64,000 nt of DNA, from positions 3,410,001-3,474,000 of the forward strand of contig JAWMAR010000025.1 in the NCBI GenBank assembly GCA_036785375.1, given 5' to 3'. The notes below the pieces were generated by a model. The model worked only from the letters and a program-made list of their open reading frames with translations, was not told where the DNA came from and searched no databases. Origin of the DNA: Leucoraja ocellata. Taxonomy: Eukaryota. The position numbers were made by a program, and so were the translations under genes. Within the stretch, counting starts at the first letter, position 1; each line of letters starts with the position of its first letter. Shown in pieces: positions 36,149 through 46,901 of the stretch.

Positions 36149-39100
36149 TTCTCCTGCCTTCTCCACAAAACCTCTGGCAGACATCTTTAGATTTTGGAGT
36201 TTAATCTCTTGGGGGTAGAAGAGTCTTGGGGATGGAGGGGATATTAAAAACAAATCATCCAAGTTCTATATTGTTTTACTGAAAGTTCAAATCAATCTAT
36301 TGAGCGGACTGGTGAGGATCTAATTGAGCTTTACAGCCACTACCCAATGAAATATTTGGTGTGACAAACAATACTTATGGCACCATCCTCGTAACTCTTC
36401 TCTGAACCCTTTCAAGCTTGACAATATCATTCCTATAACGTGGTGCCCAGAACTGAACACAATATTCTAAATGCAGTCTCACCAACATCTTATACAACTA
36501 CAATGACCTCCCAACTTCTATTATTGACATGGTAAATGTACTACACTGTGGAGAACTCTATGCAGCTTGAGCTATGGGTGAGGGGTGGGGCAATGATAGG
36601 CACAAAGTGGTCCTGAAACGGGCTGAAGATCAACTCTAGGATTCCTTGTAGAGCCAGTCCTTCTCTCTTCTACGATGATGTCAAGGAGACACCAGCCTCT
36701 CTCAATATCCAATGACCCATCTCTGGAGAATCATCTCAGTGCACCCCCAAGGACATTACAGCCAGTGATGTAAGCATATCTAACAAGTTTAATTAATTAT
36801 TGCAGGGAAAGATTTTGCACAATTACATCCCAACATCAGGACAGATGTTACTACTTTTGGGGAAACTGATTGAAAACTAAACATCAATCGCAATGCAGGA
36901 GTGAATCCTGGTGTCACAAACAACGCTATGAGATCCAGTCTCCATATTATCATCTCAGCACAATGTCTCTAACAACACAGTAATCCAACAAGATTCACCA
37001 TTGGACAATGCAGTGTCCTTAACACAGCTCTTATATCTATGCAGGGCTCCCAAAGTCCACCTCCTCCTCTAATTGTGTAATGATCCATCAGACCAATTCT
37101 CACTCATTCTTCTCTTTCCAATTAGATAACATTCCCTCCATACTTCAATAATGTGCCCCTTTAAAGTAGGCACAAAATGCTGGAGTAATTCAGCGGGACA
37201 GGCTGCATCTCTGGTGAAAAGGAATAGGTGATGTTTCGGGTCGAGACCTTTCTTCAGACACAACCCGGAACATCACCTATTCCTTTTCTCCAGAGATGCT
37301 GTCTGACCCGCTCAGTTACTCCAGCTTTTTCTGTTTATGTTCAGAGTAGTGGGCTGAAGGGCCTGTTAGTACATAACAAAGGCTTTTCACTGTACCTCGG
37401 TACAAGTGACAGTAAACTAAACTAACTAACTGATTTCCATGCTGTAGTTCTAAACTGAAAACTAAACTATAGATCCTACAACACTGCTGTATTCTCATGG
37501 GAAATGCATTTGGTCTGCAGGGTTATCTCGTCACACTTCCTCAGTACAGCACTGAGATGGTCAATGTAGACCATTTGCTGACTCTCTGGAGTGGAACTTT
37601 AGCAGCTCTTTGCTTTCAGTTGCAATAATGTTTTCCACTGCGTCAATCTGTCTTTAAAGTAAAAATAAAGGCAAACAAAATGTTAACAGGAAGCACAGCT
37701 TTGTGAACAGGATCTACAGTCTATTGCAAGAGTTCCATTGGCTGAAACACAGCTGCTTCTTGAAATAGGGACAACGACAGATGCAAGACTCGTAAAGCAA
37801 CATCTACAGTTCCCTGTGTCTTTATATTCTCCCGACAATGTATTTGCTATTCACTGTAACAGATGCAGATTCAGGAATTTAACCATGTAGTGTTTTTGAG
37901 GGAGTCACACCAGTGCACTGCTAGAGTTCTGATGCGGACACCCGATGATCACTTTTAGTTTAGTTTAGTTTAGAGATACGGTGTGGAAACAGGCCCTTCG
38001 GCCCACCGAGTCGATGCCGACCAACGATCCCCGCACTATTGTACACACACACTAGGGACAATTTACAATTTTTACCATTGCCAATTAACCTATAAACCTG
38101 CACGTCTTTGGATTGTGCGAGGAAACCGGAGCATCCGGAGAAAACACACGCAGGTCACGGGGAGAACGTACATACCCCATACAGACAGCGCCCGTAGCCA
38201 GGATCGAACTTGGTTCTCTGGCGATGTAAGGCACCAACTCTACCGCTGCTCCACCCATGGTCCACTTCATGGTCCCGAGCTATTGAAGTGTTAAAGCATC
38301 ACAAGCAAGCTCTGGGTTGATCAATGTAACCCAAGTACTGAATTGTAAATTAGTATTTTCAAGTCAAAGGTCGATTTACCTCTTTTTTGGAAACTGCAGA
38401 ATTTTTTTTTTTAACTGAAACATTTAAAAAATATTGTAATCATCTGTAATGAAACAACATTTTTTGACAGATTGACTCAGTGGAAAACATGAGGGGGCGG
38501 GGTGGGGGGCAGGGGGGCAGGGTGAAGAGAAGAAAGCTGGGAAAGGGAGAGGTAGTTGAAAGCCTCTCAGATAAAAGGTCGACATAGGTGACGGGGATGT
38601 TTTTGACAGGCATATTGTTGCAACAAAGGCCAGAGATAAGAGCAATAGGTAGGGTTGAAGAGTTGCAGATTGTGACGCCTGGAATGTAGCAGGAGCGGGG
38701 GGGAGTGGAGGGGAGAATTAGATGGAGGTCCAGGCGGAACGAGCTGCCAGATGATATTGTTGAGACAGGTGATATTGCAACATATAAGAAACATTTAGAC
38801 AGGTACATGGATAGGTCAGATTTAGAAGGAATGTGGACCAAACGCAGATAGGTGGGACTAGTGTAGATGGGACATGTATGCCCGTGTGGACAAGTTGTGC
38901 CGTAGGGTCTGTTCCCATTGCTGCAAGACTCTATGACTCCAGGTGGGGCCCTGGGGAGTTGGGGGGGGGGGGGGGGAGGGGTGAAGGGTGGTGAGGGACG
39001 TGGGGAGAGGGTGCAAGAAGAGAGTGTGTTCTCTGTCTACTCACCTTTGGTAATCATCCTATCCCACTCCGCCAACTCAAAGTCCAAAGGTTCCTCATGA

Positions 39101-40497
39101 CCTTCTGTACACATTTTCTCCGTGTGAATGTGGCATCCTTTCTCAGACGGCAGGGACTGTTATTGCTGCTTGAGAACGCTAGGTGGTGATTTAGCACCAC
39201 ATCAAGATCAGAATGGTTGTGACGTTGGGGGAAGAAAGGCATTTTATTGACTAACGATCGTAATGGAAAATCAATGTTACAAAGGTTTCCTTTGGTCAAG
39301 GGCGAGTCAACTTTTGCATTCCAGAGTGTTCAATATATTTCGTATTCAAGATGGACTTCTGATCTCACACTTCCTCCATGATGAGAACTCTTTATAATCA
39401 CTCTGCCTGTGGCTCAGGTTACCCCCAACACTCATTCACAAAATATTACCTTTAAGCAGTTACACCAATGCTGTCCCAGCCAGTCTTTCACCATTTTCGA
39501 TTAAGCCAATTAATTCAAAATGTTGGTAAGTTTGTCATGATGTGGTGGCACAATGTTGAATTTTGGCCAATATTGTTCCTGTGCTGCACTTAGGGATGCA
39601 TTAGTACATTAAACTATATACAATTAAATCTCTGTCAAATAACAGATGTGTTACACAACTAATAATCTGCAAATAACAATGGGAAAGAAACACTTTACTT
39701 GTAGAAGGTGCTTGTTCCAATTGGGTGGAGAAGTTCCCGTTGGAAGATAATAACAATTGTTTAAATCTAAAGATTTCTAATCAACGCATTCTATTTCCCT
39801 TCTAATTGTTGCGAATGTTTCGGTCAACACAACTCTAAAGCCAATTGCTACATGGCTATGATTTCATGGTAATTCAAAAGATTTTCTCCAGTCCATTTCA
39901 GAAAAAGAAAGTCACAATTTCTAGACACACTCAGGACCCATGAATGTAAATTATATTATAATGTGGCCTATTCTTCTCATCAATACTTATCCCTCCCATA
40001 ATAATCATTGCCCTAGATGGACCAAGCCGGGCTTTGACCAAGTGTGGCATCAAGGAGCCCTGGTATAATTGGCATTCAAATGAAAGAAAGGAGGTTGTGA
40101 TTGTTGGAGGTCAGTCATCCAAGCCAGGATACCACTGAAGAGTTCCTCAGGTCACTGTCCTATGTCTAATCGTCCTTTATTGTTTCACCAAGGGCTTTGC
40201 TCAATGAGGCACCGTCTGGAAATACAGACATTATGGTGATCTGGGAAGCACAATGTCTAATTTGTGCACTGCACAATCCCAGAAAACATTACTTAATAGC
40301 AACTAAATCTGTTTTGTGGGATTTTTTTTCACCCAGAGTTGTGAATCTGTGGGCAGTGGAGGCCAATTCACTGGATGTTTTCAAGAGAGAGTTCTTAGGC
40401 CTCTAGGACTACCAGAATCAAGGGATATGGGGAGAAAGCAGGATTTTGATATTGATTTTGGATGATCAGCCATGATCATATTGAATGATGGTGCTGG

Positions 40498-41620
40498 CGG
40501 TGGGGAGAAGAAAGGAGAAAGGAAGAGGAGGAGCCAGAGGGCTGAGGGAGAGCTGAGAAAGGGAGGAGACAGCAAGGGCTACCGGAAATTGGGGAAGTCA
40601 ATGTTCATGCCGCTAGGCGCTGCTCCTCCAATTTCCGGTGGTGCTCACTTGGGCCATGGAGGAGGCCGAGGACAGAAATGTCGGATTCGGAATGGGAGGG
40701 GGAGTTGAAGTGCTGAGCCACAGGGAGATCAGGTTTGTTAATGTGGACTGAGCGGAGGTGTTCGGCGAAACGATCGCCAAGCCTACACTTGGTCTCGCCA
40801 ATGTAGATCAGCTGACATCTAGAGCAGCGGTTGCAATAGATGAGGTTGGAGGAGGTGCAGGTGAACCTCTGTCACACCTGCAACGACTGCTTGGATCCTT
40901 GAATGGCGTCGATGGGGAAGGTAAAGCGACAAGTGTAGCATCTCTTGCGGTTGCAAGGGAAAGTGCCCGGGGAGGGGGTGGTGCCGGAGGGGAGGGAAGA
41001 ATTGTCCAGGGAGTTACGGGGGGAACGGTCTTTGCGGAAAGCAGACGGGGGAGATGGGAAGATGTGGCGGGTGGTGGGGCCACGTTGGAGGTGGCGAAAA
41101 TGACGGAGGACTATTTGTTGTATGTGACGGCTAGTGGGGTGAAAGGTGAGGACTGGGGGGACGCTGCCTTTGTTATGATTGGGAGAATGGAGAGAGAGAG
41201 CAGTGTTACGGGGTATTGAAGAGACCCTGGTGAGAGCCTCATCTATAATAGTGGAAGGGAACCCCCCGTTCCCTGAAGAATTAGGACATTTCCGATGCCC
41301 TGCTGTGGAACACCTCATCCTGGGAGCACATGCAGCGTAAACGGAGGAATTGGGAGTAGGGGATGGACCCTTACAGGAAGCAGGGTGGGAAGAAGTGTAG
41401 TCTGGGTAGCCATGGGAGTCAGTGGGTTTGTAGTGGATGTCGGTCAGAAGTCTATCACCTGCGATGGAGATAGTGAGGTCAAGAAATGGTATGGAAGTGT
41501 CGGAAATGGTTCATGTGTAATTGAGTGTCGGATGGAAGTTAGTGGTGAAGCGGATGAAGTCAGTGAGTTGTGTGCGGGTGCAGGAGGTAGCACCAATGCA
41601 ATCGTCGATGTAGCGGAGGC
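40498..41620 (-). mobile_element. Penelope-like element fragment, duplicate of 18553-19700
   Basis: ORF 40872-41318 (VLTFHP...CNRKRCYTC) followed by a GIY-YIG remnant. Confidence 0.85.
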
Positions 41621-42593
41621 ACCTTCGATTTTCCAGCATCTGCAGTTCCTTCTTAAACAATAATTCAGTATAGTTTATTGTCTGTGTAGCGAGGTTCAGT
41701 GAAAAGCTTTTGTTGTGTGCTAACGAGCCAGCAGAAAGAAATACATCACTACAATCAAGTCATCCACAGTGTGCAACTACACGATAATGGATCAGAGTTT
41801 AAGTAAGAAATGTTGCTGTAGGAGTAGATTTGAAATGTGGATTGATTGTAATATGGGATTGCAGATCTGCTTCTGTGGCTAGCATGCAAGTAGTTGCCTG
41901 GGTTGGGCGCCATCTTGGAAGCGTCCATATTTACCTTGTACAAGTGGCTGTTTCCTATATCACTGACACCAGTTCAGACTGAAAAATTCAGGCTCCACTA
42001 TCCCACGTTTTGTTCATTACAGGAAAAAGGTCTGCCATCTCTGCATAATGCAGGGTTAGGTAAGTGGAAAGAGATACCAGCAACTGTAGATGCTGCTTTT
42101 CAATAAATGACACAAAGTACTGGTGTAACTCAGCGGCTCAGGCAGCATCACTGGAGAACATGGATCGGTGACATGTTGTAGATTGATTGTGGGGGAAGGG
42201 GGGTGGAAGGTGGAAGAGAGGAGGGGCAGGACAAAGTCAGGCAGGCACAGGTGAGGGGTGGGGGTGGTTTCCATAAATAGATGGTTGGACAAAGGCCAGA
42301 GATGAAAAGACAAAAAGATGTGAGATGTGGATAGATGAGGTGTGAATTGTGAAGCAAGACTGTTAGCTGTTAACTTTGTGGATTTGGACTAGGAAGGATT
42401 CAAGGCAGGCATCCAATCAAGTATTAACATTCAATCTGATAAAGCAAAGAATTATAATTCGTTTAGCCCTGTCAATCATTAACCTGTGAGGTTCGTCATC
42501 CTACAAGAGAGCAACATTGTGATTAATTGCGCGCAACAGTGAAGTACCAGAGTCAAAGCCAGCAGCAGCCTTGTGCAAAAACAAAAGAACCAA

Positions 42594-42647
42594 ATGAAGA
42601 CGTTTATACTCAGCCTGTGTTGTCTCGTCCTGGTGCTGCTGACAATG
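42594..42647 (+). CDS. Exon 1 (signal peptide) of CD24/CD52-like gene, paralog B
   Basis: Identical to 20676-20729. Donor GTATGT at 42648. Confidence 0.85.
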
Positions 42648-43842
42648 GTATGTAAAACATCTTCAAAAACTTTGGCTATTGCTTTTCTTTCCCCTCCACT
42701 ACAGCTTCTTCTTCTAGTTTTCTCTCTCGTACTCTGGCACCTCAGTCGCAGCCATTTATTCCACCCTGATCTTGTGGTGTGTTTGTATTGTATTGGGATT
42801 GTTCTCACCCTGAGCGAAACTCACCCTGGTTGCTCTCTCTCCTTCCTCTGGTGAGGCACTACTGAAGGTGAAGAAGCGCTTCATGTCAATGCAATTAAGT
42901 CTACATGGAGCGGGAACAAAACCCAAGAACTTTATTCCTCTTGGGGCCCCATTATTTGGAACATTTCCTTCTTCGTATCTTTTAGGCCATCTTGCTTGAT
43001 GGTTTAACATGCCCAGTGCTGTTGGTGAACATATTTACCCTTTGAATAACATACGCGTTGCAAGATTAGCTCTGTTGCTGGTGGCTGAATTATTGTCCGT
43101 TTATCCATTGATATGAATTATTCTCGTTTATCTTGAGTCTCTTGTTTTCAGTTAGTTACAGTAGACAATCCCCTATCCATGCCAATGTTTTACCCTTTAA
43201 CAACGAGTAAAGAGGCTGCAGAGAGTGATGGGCTCAGCCTGGTTCATCACAGGCACAGGCACAGCCCTTCTGACCATCGGAGGGATCTACACGGGCTGCT
43301 ACTTCAAGAATTTGGCATCTATTATCAAGAATCCCCACCAGCTGGGGAATTCCTTCTTCTCGCTGCTACCATTGGGCAGGAGGTACTGAAGCCTGAAGAC
43401 CCACACCACCAGGTCCAGGAATAGTTAATTTCCTTTTACCATCAGGTTCTTGATCTGACCTCACTCAACCCTAATCCAACCTCAGTAACTGTGCATTACG
43501 CACTACCTCTAGCACCACCACGGACTAGTTGTGGTTTGCACTAATGTCTTGTCTTTGTGCAGTCTTTTTATTTTTCTCTATCTTGCAGAATGTGTATAAC
43601 TTTATGTTTTTGCATGTTGTCTATGTGTCCCCGATGCTGATTTTCATTGCATTTATACACCATACTGGTGTAAACGGCAAATACATTTTGGCTTAAGATC
43701 TTATTCTGTGCAGATCAGCCGCTGCATTACATAGTGTGATCCCAATCCCACTGTGGCCTGTTTTTAGAAAGGACGAATGCGACTGCAGTTTAGGATGCTC
43801 CAATTTATTTTATAACCTGCTTCTCTCTTGTTTGTATGACAG

Positions 43843-44136
43843 GCACCGAAATCCAACGCTGCACAGTCAAATAATGCACTGAAACCCAACTCTACAAATT
43901 CAACTGAAGCAACGAATTCCACCACTACAAAGCCAACTGAAGCACCGAAAACCACCGCTATAAAGCCAACTGAAAAACCGAAACCCACCGTTACAAAGCC
44001 AACTGAAAAACCGAAACCTAGCCAGACATCCAAACCCGAACCTACAACTCCTAGCAACTCTGGCAGCCTGCCAACCGTGGCCAAGAGCCTGTTTCTGGGA
44101 TGGGCGATGATTTTCTGTCACAGTCTACTCGGGTGA
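43843..44136 (+). CDS. Exon 2 of CD24/CD52-like gene, paralog B (115-aa precursor)
   Basis: Acceptor ...ttctctcttgtttgtatgacAG. Reads APKSNAAQSNNALKPNSTNSTEATNSTTTKPTEAPKTTAIKPTEKPKPTVTKPTEKPKPSQTSKPEPTTPSNSGSLPTVAKSLFLGWAMIFCHSLLG*. The frame is preserved despite being 111 nt longer than paralog A. Confidence 0.85.
   Translation, partial: APKSNAAQSNNALKPNSTNSTEATNSTTTKPTEAPKTTAIKPTEKPKPTVTKPTEKPKPSQTSKPEPTTPSNSGSLPTVAKSLFLGWAMIFCHSLLG
43861..44025 (+). repeat. Coding 33-bp (11-aa) tandem repeat, 5 diverged units
   Basis: AQSNNALKPNS / TNSTEATNSTT / TKPTEAPKTTA / IKPTEKPKPTV / TKPTEKPKPSQ. Confidence 0.9.
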
Positions 44137-45053
44137 AGCCTCCAATCGACCGAAGGACTGGGATATTGCGGATTTCCATTAATCTCTGCAATGTTGCTAT
44201 CAATAAATCAAATTAATATGCTGTAATTCTAATCTGTGATATATCTCTGAGTAAGAATAAGATGTTATTCAGTTTAAAGAGATTGTTAAAACATACATTG
44301 ATTATTGTTCTACAGGAAGTATTTCTTAAGCCACCCGTCGACTTGATCTTTAGTTTTTGGGTTTTAATGGAGATATTAAAATTCTGTGAAAAAATAATGA
44401 ATAATTGAGGAATTGTAAATGGATTATTTATAGTTTGAGCAACATTCGCTTCCAGTGGAGCAACTGATAGAGCTGCAGCCTCACAACGCTGGATATGCCG
44501 GTTCGATCCTGACCACCGTTGGTGGCTGTGTAAAAATGTTGCATGTTCTCTCTGTGACCACGTGGGTTTCTTCCGGTTGCTCCAGTTTCCCCCGACACGG
44601 CAAAGACATGCGGGTTGTAAATTGCCCCTAGTGTGTCGGGAGTGTATGAGAAAGTGTGATAGCATTGGAATTCGTTTTATGGTCGGGCGTGGACTCTGTG
44701 GGCCGAAGGGCCTGTTCCCATGCTGTATCTATAAACTAAACAGGGCTGAATACCTTTACCAGCAATAACAAAGTCCTTCTCATATGCAGTTCACTGTCTT
44801 TGTCACACAATAAAATGTTGAGAGGTTCATGGAATTTGAGTCCAAGTTATGGAGGCTGGAAAAATCTAGGCTTCCGAACTCAATCTTTGAGTTACCGGCA
44901 TTCCTCTCAGTATTGCTTTAATAAATCCATGTATTTTGGCGAGCACAGGGCAGGAGAACAGGATGATAACTATCTCATTCTTTAATCGCTATGTATTTGA
45001 TTTGTACTTGAACTAAGAGCTTTTGATTTCTCAACTAATAAATTTGGATGGTG

Positions 45054-45595
45054 TTTGGCGGACGCAAGAACGACAACTAAGTTTTGTAACTTATTTTATT
45101 CACAAAATAGATTCTTAGCTCACAGGTTCTTACAGCGCGTCTGGCCACGACGGTGGTCCGCACACAACTGGCGAGCGAAAGCAAAACCGCGCGAAAACTA
45201 GCAGCCCCTCCCGAGTCACATGACCGCGGCTTCAGAACACCGGGCTTGATACCTGCGTGCGTCAGCAGGCGTCACCACATGGCCCACCCAGAATCCGCGG
45301 TACGGAAACGCACGGGCAACGGACGGTTCGACCGCAACACGTAGTCCGAGATTGCGGGGCGAGCGTAACAGTAGGGGCCAGCAAAACAGAACCGGAAGGG
45401 CGCGACAAACGCGAACAAGGGACGGGCGTAACAGAGGGGACCGGTGAAACATAACTGGGGGTAACAGGTGCAGAGGGCGGCCAAAACGGGCAGTGGACGT
45501 CCTTTACGCCGCGAAGTGACCACCGCCACCGGGCTATCCTCATTGACGTGTGCTGGCTTAAGGCGGCTGACAGAGACAAACTCCTCCTTGCCACC
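45054..45595. mobile_element. CpG-rich solo-LTR-like element
   Basis: Begins tttggcggacgc (compare tgtagcggacgc of the 7066 LTR) and ends ...ttgccac. Has a minus-strand AATAAA near the left end. Absent from the other units. Confidence 0.55.
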
Positions 45596-46099
45596 TTTGA
45601 TCCTTTACTAATCAAGAACCAATGAATCTCTGCTTTAAAATATCAACCTATCCATGTTGTCCAGGGATGCTGCCTGTCGTGATGAGTTACTCCAGCACTT
45701 ACTATCTATATTACTAAAAGTAAGATCTTGACCACTTCCTGTTTTTCTATTTCATGATTTTAGAAAAAAACGCTGCCACTTACGGCTGTGATTTTTGGCC
45801 AGCTTACCCAGAGTCCCCCTATGCTGCGCAGGACAAGAGGATTTTTCCCATCGATGAAACATAAAAGAGTTATTAATGTTTTTAAAATGTTGACATTCTC
45901 TCTGCTGTCCCTGCTGGTGGGAGGGGGGGGGGGACTATAAAACCCAGAAGTGTTGTGTCTCAGTCAGTCGCTGCAAGATGGGGGAAGTGAGAGGGTCACG
46001 TCTATAACACTGAACACATGTCTACTAAACTGTGAGTGTGGTTTTACTGACCTTGACTGACTTTGAGTGCCCTTAATGTGGTTTGAAAATGAAAATGTG

Positions 46100-46298
46100 G
46101 TTGGTTTGAAGTAAAAGCACTGCAAATGGTTGGTGGGAGGTTTGGGTTGAAATAAAAGCATTGCAAATGGTTGGTGGGGCTTGGGTTGAAGAAAATGCAC
46201 TGCAAATGGTTGGGTGGGATTTTGAGTTGAAGTCAAAGTACTGCAAATGGTTGGTTGGGGTTTTGGGTTGAAGTAAAAGCACAGCAAATGATTGGTTG
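46100..46298. repeat. Minisatellite inside the Helitron, ~40-bp unit x ~5
   Basis: ttgggttgaagtaaaagcactgcaaatggttggtggg repeated. Confidence 0.85.
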
Positions 46299-46670
46299 TA
46301 TAAACTTGACAACTTCCTTTTTGCACTGTATATTGATTTTAGATAAAACGCTACCACTTACAGCTGTGATTTTTGGCCATCTTACTCAGTCCCCCCTGCT
46401 CATCAGGTGCAGAAGATTCTTCCCATCAATGAAAAATAAAAGTGTTATTAGTGTTTAATAAATGTTGAGAATCTCTCTCGTGTCAATCACGCCATGAAGG
46501 CCCCACCTTTTCCGGTGAGAGGGGGTAGGGATTATAAAACCAGGAAGTGTGGGTCTCTGCATGATGTGGGAGGGAAAGGTCACGACTCTGTCTGAGCTGT
46601 GAATCAACTGAACACACTGAATGTCTACTGAACTGTGGGTGTGGTGTTTTGTGTGGTTTTATGGTGGTTT

Positions 46671-46901
46671 CACCCTGCTTTAAATGGTATGAAACTGCAT
46701 TTGAATTTGGTGGCCTTGCACCCTGCTTGAAATGGCATGAAACTGCACTTGAATTTGGTGGCTTTGCACCCTGCTTGATGTGGTATGACACTGCACTTGA
46801 ATTTGGTGGTCTTGCACCTTGCTTGATGTGGTATGAAACTGCACTTGAAATGGTAGGAAAATGGATTTGAATTTGGTGGCCTTGCACCCTGCTTGAAATG
46901 G
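46671..46901. repeat. Minisatellite inside the Helitron, 48-bp unit x ~4.5
   Basis: caccctgcttgaaatggtatgaaactgcacttgaatttggtggccttg units start at 46671, 46719, 46767 and 46815. Confidence 0.9.

Noticed and set aside
43764-44084. Val/Gly/Phe-rich repetitive minus-strand ORFs (also 21831-22040)
   Set aside because: Antisense shadow of the coding VNTR. The plus strand has the splice sites and coherent signal/GPI logic.
8332-44990. Duplication as a pure assembly artefact
   Set aside because: Three units carry distinct insertions, deletions and different exon 2 repeats. This cannot be fully excluded without reads but is unlikely.
45153-45615. Cluster of overlapping ORFs in a CpG-rich segment
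   Set aside because: A by-product of high GC in an LTR-like insertion, with no recognisable protein motifs.
46100-46901. Regularly spaced repeats resembling a CRISPR array or a repeat protein (16-aa periodic ORFs)
   Set aside because: Contiguous tandem units without unique spacers, inside a Helitron, in eukaryotic DNA with no cas genes.
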